Source: Candidatus Aceula meridiana
Lineage (GTDB): Bacteria > Omnitrophota > Gorgyraeia > Zapsychrales > Aceulaceae
Assembly: GCA_030765185.1 (NCBI GenBank)
Contig: JAVCDE010000033.1
Span: forward strand, 10,957 to 74,956
Length of the DNA stretch: 64,000 bases
Reading direction: 5' to 3'
The position numbers and the translations under genes were made by a program. Positions 8,828-18,141 of this stretch are shown in pieces; the first letter of the stretch is position 1; every line of letters starts with the position of its first letter. The notes beneath the pieces were generated by a model that saw only the letters and a list, made by a program, of their open reading frames with translations, did not search any database and was not told the DNA's origin.

Positions 8828-10110
8828 TTATTTTCTCCGTTAACCGGTAAAAGCTCATTTTGCTTTTTGTATTGTAGCAGTCCAAAGAGCCCAACAAAAG
8901 CAAAAAGACACCCGACCCCGATTAAAATTTTAAAATTCTCGACCTTCAAATTTTCAGAAAGATGCGCGCTTAAAAACATGGCCATAAGAAACCCTAAATG
9001 CATGACGACTTCCAAAGCGCTAAAAACACGCCCTCTCATTTCATCTCGGCTAACCTCATGAACAATGGTGTTCGCTGCAATAAAGACCGGGCCGGTCACA
9101 AGCCCGACGAGAAACGTAAGCGCTGCGGCCACCGGAAGCTGCGCAAAACGATGAAGAATGGTGGCAAATGCCACCATGGATATTCCGCCTAAAATTAAAC
9201 AAACAAAAATCGTTTTAAAACGCGAGGCTTTTTGTCCAAAACGGCCATAGGCAATCGCACTCGTCAGAAGCCCAAGCCCTAAAACAACGGCTAAAATCCC
9301 AAGGTCCCGGGTAACGCTTTGAAGCGATTCCTGGATAAAAACAATAACAACAACATAAATCGCCCCTGCGGCTGCAAACAAAATAAACATCATCGTGGTC
9401 ACAAAACGAATTTCGCGATGCTTAAAAAAATAGACTATCCCCTCTTTAATTTCGTCAAACAGAGACTTCCTTAAAACTGTGATAATCTTTCTTCCTTCCT
9501 CGGCTAACTTGTGCGTATCCACATAAAAATTAATTTTCTGAGTCATCGAAACCACAAGAATTCCTGAAATAAAAAATGTGACTGCATCCCAAATGAAGCC
9601 GCCGCGGGGGCCTGCTTTCTCGACTAAAAGTCCGCCAAAGGCGCAACCAAAAGCAAAAGCCAACATGCCCGTCATTGACACAAGAGAATTCGCCATCAAA
9701 AGCCCTTTTTCGTCAACTAAATCCGGAATAATCGACATCTTGGCCGGAACATAAAAACGGCTTAAACAAAAAATAAGAAAAACAACCGCGTAAATGGGCA
9801 CCATTGATTCCCAATAAATAAAAATAAACGGAATCGTCAAAACCAAAAGACCACGCAGAAAATCGCAGATAAAAAGAGTTTTTCTCCTGTCCCAGCGATC
9901 TACATACGCGCCGGCAATAGGGCCGACTAAAAAAACAGGGATAATCGTAAAAGATAGGAGCTTGGCAAGCCCCACCGTTGAGCCGGGTGTGCGCGCGGCA
10001 ATCAGGCCGATTAAAGCCATTTGGTTGATGCGGTCACCAAATTGAGAGATAATTTGAGCCAACCACAACCTTAAAAAATTTTTATTTTTAAAACTTTCGA
10101 GGACTGACAT
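8824..10110 (-). CDS. MFS transporter (DHA3/H+ antiporter-like)
   Basis: 12 TM pattern; AQIISQFGD, AGAYVDRWDRR motif A and MRGRVFS. Confidence 0.92.
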   Translation of the reverse strand: MSVLESFKNKNFLRLWLAQIISQFGDRINQMALIGLIAARTPGSTVGLAKLLSFTIIPVFLVGPIAGAYVDRWDRRKTLFICDFLRGLLVLTIPFIFIYWESMVPIYAVVFLIFCLSRFYVPAKMSIIPDLVDEKGLLMANSLVSMTGMLAFAFGCAFGGLLVEKAGPRGGFIWDAVTFFISGILVVSMTQKINFYVDTHKLAEEGRKIITVLRKSLFDEIKEGIVYFFKHREIRFVTTMMFILFAAAGAIYVVVIVFIQESLQSVTRDLGILAVVLGLGLLTSAIAYGRFGQKASRFKTIFVCLILGGISMVAFATILHRFAQLPVAAALTFLVGLVTGPVFIAANTIVHEVSRDEMRGRVFSALEVVMHLGFLMAMFLSAHLSENLKVENFKILIGVGCLFAFVGLFGLLQYKKQNELLPVNGENK

Positions 10111-10155
10111 ATAAAATTATTTTATCATTTTGTAAAAATTGCGGACATAAAAATT

Positions 10156-11916
10156 CTAGTTATTTTCTAAAAGCTCAAGATCTTCATAGCAGCGATGGGC
10201 CTCTTCTTCCCTGTTAAGGATGCCATACGTTGAACAAAGATTAAAAAGGGCGTTTCTTAAACCGGGATCAAGCGACAAGGCCTTCTTGTATTTGGCGATA
10301 GCTTCCTCGTGTTTATCTGTCTTCGAATACACAACGCCCATGCTGTAAAGAAGCTGAGCATTGTTGGGTTCTTTTAATAAACGCTTTTGATATCCTTCCA
10401 TGACTCGCCGATAGCCCAGTTCACGATTAGAATCAAAAACCGGCCGTAAGTCAGAAGGGTCTTGGACCTTTTCAAGCTCAGCTAAACCCTCCCAGTAGCG
10501 TCCCTGGTCAATTAAACTTGCCCCAAGGCCTATCAAAGAACGCATGTTCTTTTCATCGTAAGAAAGGGCCGCACGAAAATGTTTTTCGGCCTGCTTAAAG
10601 CTTCCAAGCTTTGCATATCGAAATCCTAGAGAAGCATGAATACGGGCATTAAACGGCTGATACCTTAGGGAACGCTTTAGCATCGCTGCCTCGTTTACGG
10701 CATGAAGATTTTGTTCAGCTGTTATCATGCTTAAGAAAATAACCCAACCTAAAAAACAAAGGCGTGAAGCTAAAGGTGAAACGAGTTTTCTTGATGTTAT
10801 CTTCTTGTAGGCCTGACGAAGCCCTAGCACCACAAGTGCCAAAAGCCCCACCGCCGGCATATAGAAAAAATGCTCACTTGCCATAATGTATCCGGCCTGT
10901 GGCCGCAACGGGAAAACCTGAGAAACAGGAAACACCGCAAGTGCTGCAAAGCTCATAAAAAATAATACTCGACGAGAAAACCGCTTATAAAATTTTGCTA
11001 AAACAAATAAGAATCCTCCCCACCCTAACAGAGTCGCCACCGCCTGCACATTGAAAAAACTTCTGAAAACCGGTTGTAGCCGATCCGGGTGTAGATCAAC
11101 AGGGAGAATGAGAATACGGAAATATGTAAAAAGCGCCCGCCAAAAAGTGATAATTCCGAGGAAGAAGTCTTGCGCGGCTAATGTGCTTGGCAGGCGGACA
11201 ATGCCTAAGATTTTGCGCACACTAAGATAAAAAACAACAACACCGGCAAAGCCAACGAGCGGTTTGGACAAGCGAATCAAATTTCTTTTTTGATCTTTGC
11301 AAAAGAAAAAATTGTACGCCAAGAGCACAGCCGGGAGCATAATCGCGGACTCTTTCGATAAAAGTGCTAGGGCAAAACAAAGTACAGCGAGAATGTAATA
11401 GAGCGCCTTCCTCCTTTTTTGAAAAAGAACGTAAAATAAAAACGTGGCTAACTGAAAAAGAGCGCACAACAAAATCGAGCGTCCGGCAATGTTTGAAACA
11501 GCCTCAGTGTGAACCGGGTGCAGCATAAATAAAAAAGCAATCCAGAAAGCAATCATGGAATCTTTTAGAATCAAACTCATCAGGAGAAGAATAATAATGC
11601 TCGTCGCTAAGTGCAGAATAACATTTGTCAGATTAAACGCCACCGGGTTAAGCCCGAAGAAGTGATTCTCGACAGCAAAGCTAAATGTCACTAAAGGACG
11701 GTAATAAGTATTTCTTAAAAAGAATGACTGGGCGAATGCCTTTGACGCATGGTTAAAGTTTCTAACATAAGGGTTTTCTAGAATAGAAAACTGATCATCG
11801 AGGACTTTAAATGAAGATGCCAGCATAAAGGAATAGAGAATAAAACCAACAACTAAAAGGATAATAATCTTAAGGAATAGGCTTGAAGCAATGTAGGAAG
11901 AGAATTTTTTTATCAT
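10156..11916 (-). CDS. TMTC-like membrane glycosyltransferase (GT-C fold) with C-terminal TPRs
   Basis: DD in first loop, YYRPL, HPVHTEAVSNIAGR, LLSKESA and C-terminal TPR helices. Confidence 0.8.
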   Translation of the reverse strand: MIKKFSSYIASSLFLKIIILLVVGFILYSFMLASSFKVLDDQFSILENPYVRNFNHASKAFAQSFFLRNTYYRPLVTFSFAVENHFFGLNPVAFNLTNVILHLATSIIILLLMSLILKDSMIAFWIAFLFMLHPVHTEAVSNIAGRSILLCALFQLATFLFYVLFQKRRKALYYILAVLCFALALLSKESAIMLPAVLLAYNFFFCKDQKRNLIRLSKPLVGFAGVVVFYLSVRKILGIVRLPSTLAAQDFFLGIITFWRALFTYFRILILPVDLHPDRLQPVFRSFFNVQAVATLLGWGGFLFVLAKFYKRFSRRVLFFMSFAALAVFPVSQVFPLRPQAGYIMASEHFFYMPAVGLLALVVLGLRQAYKKITSRKLVSPLASRLCFLGWVIFLSMITAEQNLHAVNEAAMLKRSLRYQPFNARIHASLGFRYAKLGSFKQAEKHFRAALSYDEKNMRSLIGLGASLIDQGRYWEGLAELEKVQDPSDLRPVFDSNRELGYRRVMEGYQKRLLKEPNNAQLLYSMGVVYSKTDKHEEAIAKYKKALSLDPGLRNALFNLCSTYGILNREEEAHRCYEDLELLENN

Positions 11917-12008
11917 AAACGAATAACTTCAGCTTCGCTCGACTAAAATTAAATTAGCTTCGCAGAGCTTCTATTTATCTTTTCTTTAAACAAATTCAGA
12001 TAAATAAG

Positions 12009-12081
12009 AGCCGACGATCGGGATCGAACCGATGACCCCTTCATTACGAATGAAGTGCTCTACCAGCTGAGCTACGTCGGC
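12009..12081 (-). tRNA. tRNA-Thr(CGT)
   Basis: GCCGACGTAGCTCAGCTGGTAGAGCA-CTTCA-TT-CGT-AA-TGAAG-GGGTCATCGGTTCGATCCCGATCGTCGGCT. CCA not encoded. Confidence 0.97.
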
Positions 12082-12269
12082 AAACTTCATTAATCAAATT
12101 TAAAGCCTTTGGCTCACAAAATAACCCTCCTTAAGCTAAGGCTCGGAGGGTTATCCGCTAATGGCGAAGTCCGCCGAAACATCAATGCTCCGACTTCCGG
12201 ATAATCCAAGGGTTCCCGCTTGTTGCGCCACCCCTCTTTTCGCGGGATGGCGCAATAGCGGATAAAAAG

Positions 12270-12342
12270 TGCCGAGAGGCGGAATTGAACCGTCGACGCA
12301 AGGCTTTTCAGGCCTTCGCTCTACCAACTGAGCTATCTCGGC
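12270..12342 (-). tRNA. tRNA-Phe(GAA)
   Basis: GCCGAGATAGCTCAGTTGGTAGAGCG-AAGGC-CT-GAA-AA-GCCTT-GCGTCGACGGTTCAATTCCGCCTCTCGGCA. CCA not encoded. Confidence 0.97.
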
Positions 12343-12375
12343 AATAAACATTTTCTTAATTTTCAGGAAATACCC

Positions 12376-12403
12376 ATTGTAGCAAAGTCTTAAAAGTTGT
12401 CAA
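12376..12403 (-). promoter_or_regulatory. sigma70-type promoter for tRNA-Phe/tRNA-Thr
   Basis: TTGACA-16 bp-TACAAT, about 35 bp upstream of tRNA-Phe. Confidence 0.75.
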
Positions 12404-12521
12404 CCCATTCACCGATTTCCGGGCTTTAACCTGAAAATTGCTTAAAGTAACACTTCGCGGCTTAATTTTTCCTCAAACGTGCCAACCCATTCAGCTATCT
12501 TCAAAGACTTTCATTCAAATG

Positions 12522-12923
12522 CTACTGGATAACGCGATTTTTAACCTTAACCCAGACATCCTGGGCTGTCTTCATGCTAGGAAGCATATTTTTACGCGCC
12601 TTAACACTCATGCGCACCCACGAAGAGGACGCTTGAGATAAGTCTACCCAGACATAAGCACCCGCCACCCTTGCCTCAATTTGTCCGAGCTTGTAGTTTT
12701 TGGTTTGGATGGTTCCCATGATTGAAACAATTTCAACCGCAGCATCCCAAAGGGTATCATATTCAATTTGCGTTTCCCCTTCGACGGTATCTGGGCTTAT
12801 GGCATACCCGCCTAAGGCGCCCAAACCGCCGATAATCGCATAAAAACATCCGCTTAACGAAAACGCTAAAACTAACAACAAAGGTATCATAAAATACAAT
12901 CTTTGATTTTTTCCATTTTTCAT
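12522..12923 (-). CDS. Lipoprotein (DUF3568-like)
   Basis: Lipobox LSGC followed by a GG-rich segment and a small alpha/beta domain. GGAGGG RBS. Confidence 0.7.
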   Translation of the reverse strand: MKNGKNQRLYFMIPLLLVLAFSLSGCFYAIIGGLGALGGYAISPDTVEGETQIEYDTLWDAAVEIVSIMGTIQTKNYKLGQIEARVAGAYVWVDLSQASSSWVRMSVKARKNMLPSMKTAQDVWVKVKNRVIQ

Positions 12924-12937
12924 AATTTATGCCCTCC

Positions 12938-14482
12938 TTAAACTTTTTCTTCTTGAGGTTTTTTTTCTATCTGCAAATCTGTCCGCCAAGAACGAGCAGC
13001 TATAAAAAGTGATACAACTAAAGCAACCAAAAGCCAATCTCGGCCAATCAAAATAACAGCTATCCAAGAATAATCGCCATAAGGTTTAGCTGACTCCTTA
13101 ACGATGTCATTAATTAGCAAAATGGCCAAGGCTGAAGGTGTTAAAAAACGAATGCAAAAATCCCACAGCTTACTTAACGTCCATTGAGCGCTGTGATTAA
13201 TGTGCTCACGTAACTTTTGAGATTTTAAAACCCAACCGACTAAAATACATTGTAAAATTCCAATGGTAACAAGCCCATAGTGTGTGATGAAGTGATCAAC
13301 AATATCAATCCAATATATTCCGGCATTAGTCGCAAAAAGCATACTGCCAAAAAATCCTGTGACGCACACCGCTGTTACAATCACACGGCGGGAATAATGA
13401 AACTTATCAATAATGGCCGAGGTAAACGCCTCAATTAAAGAAATCGCACTCGAAAGTCCCGCAATCACAAGTGTGCTAAAAAATAGAACACCAAATATCT
13501 TTGCAAAACCAGGCATCAAGCTAATCGCCTGCGGATAAGTAACAAAAGCCAAACCAATAGATTCTTTAACGACCTCAGAAACAGGCTTTCCTGTTGTCGT
13601 CGCCATATATCCTAAAACACCAAAGACCGCAAATCCCGAAATAAAAGAAAAAAGGCAATTGCCAACGCTAATCGTTAACGCATCCTTAACAATGTTGACC
13701 TTGCGCGGAAGATAAGAAGCATATGTCATCATAATGCCAAAGCCCAATGAAAGCGTAAAAAAGATTTGAGAAAACGCATCAATCCAAATCTGTGGTTTAG
13801 AAAGAAGTGAAAAGTCAGGAGTAAGATATTGCTTAATCCCAACTGAAGCCCCCTTCAAGCTCACACTCCAAAAAACCAAAATAAGAATAAGAACAAACAA
13901 CAAAGGCATAAAAATCTTATTTGCCTTTTCAATGCCTTTTTGAACACCAAAGAAAACAATAACCCAACATAATGTCCAAACCCCAAGCAATGAAGAAACA
14001 ATCGGCGTGCGCACATCACCGATTAAGCCCGGTGCTGCGCTGACCTGGAGATATTCATTAAAAAAAAAGTTGTTAGGGTCCATGCCCCAGGAAAGATTAA
14101 AAGAAAAGAAAACATAGCTTAAACACCACGCAATAATAACCGCATAATAAACCATAATGCCAAACATCGCGCAGTTAACAGACCACCACCCAGCCCATTC
14201 CCAATGACGGTCAACTTTAGCAAAACACATCGGCGTTGAGCCGCGCATCTTGTGCCCTAAGCCTAGCTCCAAGATCATCAACGGAACACCAACGACAAGA
14301 AGAGCAATGCCGTAAGGAATAAGAAAGGCCCCTCCCCCATTTTTATAACAAAGATAGGAAAAGCGCCAAATGTTTCCAAGGCCCACGGCTGAACCTAAAG
14401 CCGCGAAAATAAACCCCATCCGCGACCGCCATTGCGGGCGCGGATGATGAGATTCACTCAATTGTGTTGCCTTGTTCGTCAT
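12938..14482 (-). CDS. Sodium-dependent transporter, NSS/SNF family
   Basis: GSAVGLGNIWRF, NGGGAFLIPY and QIFFTLSLGFG. Confidence 0.95.
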   Translation of the reverse strand: MTNKATQLSESHHPRPQWRSRMGFIFAALGSAVGLGNIWRFSYLCYKNGGGAFLIPYGIALLVVGVPLMILELGLGHKMRGSTPMCFAKVDRHWEWAGWWSVNCAMFGIMVYYAVIIAWCLSYVFFSFNLSWGMDPNNFFFNEYLQVSAAPGLIGDVRTPIVSSLLGVWTLCWVIVFFGVQKGIEKANKIFMPLLFVLILILVFWSVSLKGASVGIKQYLTPDFSLLSKPQIWIDAFSQIFFTLSLGFGIMMTYASYLPRKVNIVKDALTISVGNCLFSFISGFAVFGVLGYMATTTGKPVSEVVKESIGLAFVTYPQAISLMPGFAKIFGVLFFSTLVIAGLSSAISLIEAFTSAIIDKFHYSRRVIVTAVCVTGFFGSMLFATNAGIYWIDIVDHFITHYGLVTIGILQCILVGWVLKSQKLREHINHSAQWTLSKLWDFCIRFLTPSALAILLINDIVKESAKPYGDYSWIAVILIGRDWLLVALVVSLFIAARSWRTDLQIEKKPQEEKV

Positions 14483-14491
14483 AAAATAAAA

Positions 14492-16591
14492 TTATTGCAT
14501 CAATGCATTTTTCAAAATAAAGGCAGCAAAAACAATAGAAACCATACTCATTAATTTAATAAGAATGTTAATGCTCGGACCCGAAGTATCTTTGAAAGGA
14601 TCACCAACTGTATCACCAACAACAGTTGCCTTGTGACAAGCTGAGCCTTTACCTCCTAGGTTTCCTTCTTCAATATATTTCTTGGCGTTGTCCCATGCCC
14701 CACCTGAATTCGCCATCATAACAGCTAGAACAAATCCCGAAGCAGTAGCGCCCATTAAAAGGCCGCCAAGACTATTAACGCCTAAAAGAATACCCACAAC
14801 AATTGGAGTTAAAATCGCAAGCATCGCCGGCAAAATCATTTCTTTAAGCGCTGACTTTGTAACGATATTAACACAACTCGCATAATCCGGTTTTCCTGTT
14901 CCTTCCATGATTCCAGCAATTTCCTTAAATTGGCGACGGACCTCAAAAACAATTTGTCCCGCAGCACGGCCAACCGCACTCATGGTAAGAGCTGAAAAAA
15001 GATATGGCATTGCAACACCGATAAAAAGACCAATTAACACAGGCGGATTCATAAGATTTAAATTGAAATCAAAATCAATCATGCCCGAGGCAGCAACCTC
15101 TAACAAAATCTTTTCTTTAAATGATGCAATAAGCGCAAGCGCTGTAAGAGCTGCTGAACCAATCGCAAAACCTTTTCCAGTTGCAGCGGTTGTATTACCT
15201 AAAGAATCTAAGGCATCTGTTCTTTTGCGAACTTCCGGCTCAAGACCAGCCATCTCGGCGTTTCCGCCGGCATTATCTGCCACAGGCCCGTAGGCATCTG
15301 TTGCCAAAGTAATGCCAAGAGTACTCAACATTCCAACAGCCGCGATACCAATTCCAAATAACCCTCCTAGCCAATAGCTTAAGAAAATAGCCACAGCAAC
15401 AATAAGAACTGGGATAACTGTTGAAAGCATCCCGAGCGAAAGCCCTTCGATAATAACGGTCGCAGGGCCTGTCTCTGAAGCCTTGGCAACTTTCTTGGTA
15501 GGCGAAAAATGAGACGAAGTAAAATACTCTGTAACCAATCCAATCAAAAGGCCAGCAACTAAACCAGTCATAACAGAGAAAGCAACTTTTAAAGGAATTC
15601 CTGGAAACCAATATTTAATCACAACAAAAACTAAAATACCAACTAAGACAGAGGCGATATTAACACCTTTATGCAATGCCTTTAATAAAGTTTTCTGTGT
15701 AGCGTCTTCAGTTGTGCGGACAAAAAACATTCCAGCGAATGACGAAAGAATTCCCATCGCTGCAATAACCATAGGAAGCATCAGCCCTTGCACGCCATAT
15801 CCTGCAGCAACACCTAAGGCAGCGGAAGCGACAATAGAACCAACATAAGACTCAAAAAGGTCTGCTCCCATACCCGCGACATCGCCTACGTTATCACCTA
15901 CGTTATCAGCAATAACCGCCGGATTACGAGGATCGTCTTCCGGAATTCCAGCTTCAACTTTTCCAACTAAATCTGCGCCAACATCAGCAGCTTTTGTAAA
16001 AATTCCTCCACCAACACGGGCAAACAAAGCCAAAAAACTTGCGCCAAGGCCAACCGTCAACATAACGCTTGTAATCGCAACATCCCCGCTTGCGATGCCT
16101 TCAGGCAATGGATGAGAAGAATAAAAACCTCTGAGGAAAAAGTACCAAGCCGTTAAATTCAAAAGGGCAAATCCGACAACAGAAAAACCCATAACCGCTC
16201 CCGAAGAAAATGCCAAACGAAGCCCTCCATTAAGAGAAGTTCGGCAAGCATTGGCTGTTCTGGCCGAAGAGGCGGTGGCGATTTTCATTCCGCAAAAACC
16301 GGATAATCCTGAAAAAAATCCTCCGGTTAAAAAAGCAAACGGAACAAAAATAACTAAATACCCCCTTAGAGATAAAAACAATAAAATGGCAAAAACCGCC
16401 GCAAAGAAAATCGCGACCCATTTATATTGACTTGTCAAATACGCTGAAGCGCCTTCGCGGACAGCCGCGGCAATTTCTTTCATCCGGTCAGTTCCCTCAT
16501 CTTTTTTTAGAATTGAAAAGATAAGGAATACGGCCGTTCCCAATGCAAGAACTGCGGCACCCGGAGCTAAAAAACTAATAAATTGTGACAT
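14492..16591 (-). CDS. hppA: Membrane pyrophosphatase, K+-dependent (probably Na+-translocating)
   Basis: [35 protein letters not shown] (Ala = K+-dependent type) and [14 protein letters not shown]. Confidence 0.96.
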   Translation of the reverse strand: MSQFISFLAPGAAVLALGTAVFLIFSILKKDEGTDRMKEIAAAVREGASAYLTSQYKWVAIFFAAVFAILLFLSLRGYLVIFVPFAFLTGGFFSGLSGFCGMKIATASSARTANACRTSLNGGLRLAFSSGAVMGFSVVGFALLNLTAWYFFLRGFYSSHPLPEGIASGDVAITSVMLTVGLGASFLALFARVGGGIFTKAADVGADLVGKVEAGIPEDDPRNPAVIADNVGDNVGDVAGMGADLFESYVGSIVASAALGVAAGYGVQGLMLPMVIAAMGILSSFAGMFFVRTTEDATQKTLLKALHKGVNIASVLVGILVFVVIKYWFPGIPLKVAFSVMTGLVAGLLIGLVTEYFTSSHFSPTKKVAKASETGPATVIIEGLSLGMLSTVIPVLIVAVAIFLSYWLGGLFGIGIAAVGMLSTLGITLATDAYGPVADNAGGNAEMAGLEPEVRKRTDALDSLGNTTAATGKGFAIGSAALTALALIASFKEKILLEVAASGMIDFDFNLNLMNPPVLIGLFIGVAMPYLFSALTMSAVGRAAGQIVFEVRRQFKEIAGIMEGTGKPDYASCVNIVTKSALKEMILPAMLAILTPIVVGILLGVNSLGGLLMGATASGFVLAVMMANSGGAWDNAKKYIEEGNLGGKGSACHKATVVGDTVGDPFKDTSGPSINILIKLMSMVSIVFAAFILKNALMQ

Positions 16592-16627
16592 CTTTCCTCC
16601 TTAGATTTAATGAAGTAATCATTCGTT

Positions 16628-16711
16628 TTAATGTCCTTTAGTTGGGCTTTTACCGTGTCGGGCTTTTTTAGAGCGCCAACTCAGCTTCCCTCTTCTTTTT
16701 TGCTTACGCAT
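16628..16711 (-). CDS. 27-aa basic peptide, bL37-like ribosomal protein candidate (absent from ORF track)
   Basis: GAAAGGAG RBS 6 nt before ATG; MRKQKRRGKLSWRSKKARHGKSPTKGH. KKARHGKSP resembles the bL37 motif KANHGKRP. Confidence 0.7.
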   Translation of the reverse strand: MRKQKRRGKLSWRSKKARHGKSPTKGH

Positions 16712-16817
16712 CAAGAACTCCTTTCTAAAATATTCTACGTTTTATATTAATAAAGGTAGCAACGGATGTCTCTGCCTGTAGCGCCATTCGTATATTTTAT
16801 GTACGAATAGCCACAAA

Positions 16818-17825
16818 TTATCTAAGATGATACAAAAATTTCATGCCCATTGCAAAACAAATTAACATTAATATTGTATCCAAACCAAGACCAAATATTG
16901 TTTTTTTCTTAGGACTTTGAATACCAATAATCAAAATGGTTGTTAAAAGGACGCTCACCGCCATAATCAATATATGGGTTGATGAAACCCTCGCAAAAAT
17001 CGGCCCTGATTTATAGAAAATATCACAAATAGCCAAAATCAAAATATTAAAAATGTTGCTGCCCAAAACATTTCCAAAGGCAAGGTCAAAAGCCCCCATC
17101 TTAAGAGCAGAAAGAGAAACTACGATTTCCGGCAGGGATGTAACAAACCCTAAAAAAACTGTTCCGGTAAACGTACGGCCCAATGACGTTGTCTGGGCAA
17201 TATCGTCGCATATCCCGGAAAGCCAAATGCCTCCAACGACAACAACGCTTGCGCTAATCAATAATTTTATTATCGGCTCTTTAGCATCTTTGATCGCTTG
17301 CGCAATAGGCTTTATTTCAACAGAAGGTCTTTCGCCCGAATCAAAGATCGTTTTCACCGATAATATATAAACCAAAACAATCAAAATACTGCCATAGCTG
17401 ACATGACCAAAGCTAAGAACTCCCAAATGCCAAGCTAAAAAAATCTCGATAACAACAATAGACGCTAAGATTCCAAAAAATTCAGCTGAAAAATCATATG
17501 TGCGGCTTGGCTTTACTTGATCTGTTATGGCCCCTTTTCGATAGATAATGTCCATCAAAACAATAATCATTAAATTAAAATTAACGCTCCCGGCAATATT
17601 TCCAACAGCCAAATTAGGCGCCCGGAGCAAAACTGTTGAAGCCAAACTTGCTGCCAACTCAGGAAAAGAGGTGATAAGCCCTAGAAGAATCATCCCAACC
17701 CAGGCTTTACTTAAATTCATTTTTTCGCTTAAGGCATCCGCATAGCGTGTCAGCCTAACGCCTCCGGCAACAACAACGGCTGCGCTTAAAAAAAATTTTA
17801 GCCAAACAATCCAAAGGCTCCCCAT
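16818..17825 (-). CDS. Sodium:calcium (CaCA/YrbG-like) antiporter
   Basis: Two alpha repeats: TSFPE...GNIAGSVNFN and TSLPE...GNVLGSNIFN. Confidence 0.92.
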   Translation of the reverse strand: MGSLWIVWLKFFLSAAVVVAGGVRLTRYADALSEKMNLSKAWVGMILLGLITSFPELAASLASTVLLRAPNLAVGNIAGSVNFNLMIIVLMDIIYRKGAITDQVKPSRTYDFSAEFFGILASIVVIEIFLAWHLGVLSFGHVSYGSILIVLVYILSVKTIFDSGERPSVEIKPIAQAIKDAKEPIIKLLISASVVVVGGIWLSGICDDIAQTTSLGRTFTGTVFLGFVTSLPEIVVSLSALKMGAFDLAFGNVLGSNIFNILILAICDIFYKSGPIFARVSSTHILIMAVSVLLTTILIIGIQSPKKKTIFGLGLDTILMLICFAMGMKFLYHLR

Positions 17826-17967
17826 AGAAACCCCCTCATCCTTTTTTAATAAATGCCTGACTTATAAAACCAAAGGTGACACGTCAAGTCAACCGCATGA
17901 ATTTATCCTGTGAGTCCCGCGACCAAGCGGGGCAACTAAGGATTTTCCATTTAAACATCTTCAGAAT

Positions 17968-18135
17968 TCAATCGCGAGCCATTGACATCATCGCAAGCCC
18001 AATAATCGCTAAAATGCCTCCGATAACTCCATAGAACAAAGCAACCACATCTTTCCAAAAGATTAAAACAAAACTAATGCCAAAAATGCAGCTTATCAGG
18101 CCAAAAACCCATAACAATATTTTTCTCATTCTCAT
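17968..18135 (-). CDS. Small 2-TM membrane protein, 55 aa (absent from ORF track)
   Basis: AGGAG RBS; MRMRKILLWVFGLISCIFGISFVLIFWKDVVALFYGVIGGILAIIGLAMMSMARD; directly downstream of the acyltransferase. Confidence 0.7.
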   Translation of the reverse strand: MRMRKILLWVFGLISCIFGISFVLIFWKDVVALFYGVIGGILAIIGLAMMSMARD

Positions 18136-18141
18136 TTGTTT

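Noticed and set aside
12009-12030. tRNA-Thr or tRNA-Phe 3' end as a prophage/island att site
   Set aside because: No duplicated tRNA end and no integrase were seen in the window.
12151-12351. 66-aa ORF
   Set aside because: It is a translation of tRNA-Phe and the adjacent structured spacer.
16750-16815. Hairpin upstream of the small ORF/hppA as a Na+ riboswitch
   Set aside because: Only a simple stem (gccattcgta..tacgaatagc) is visible, and I could not match a known aptamer consensus. An Rfam search would be needed.
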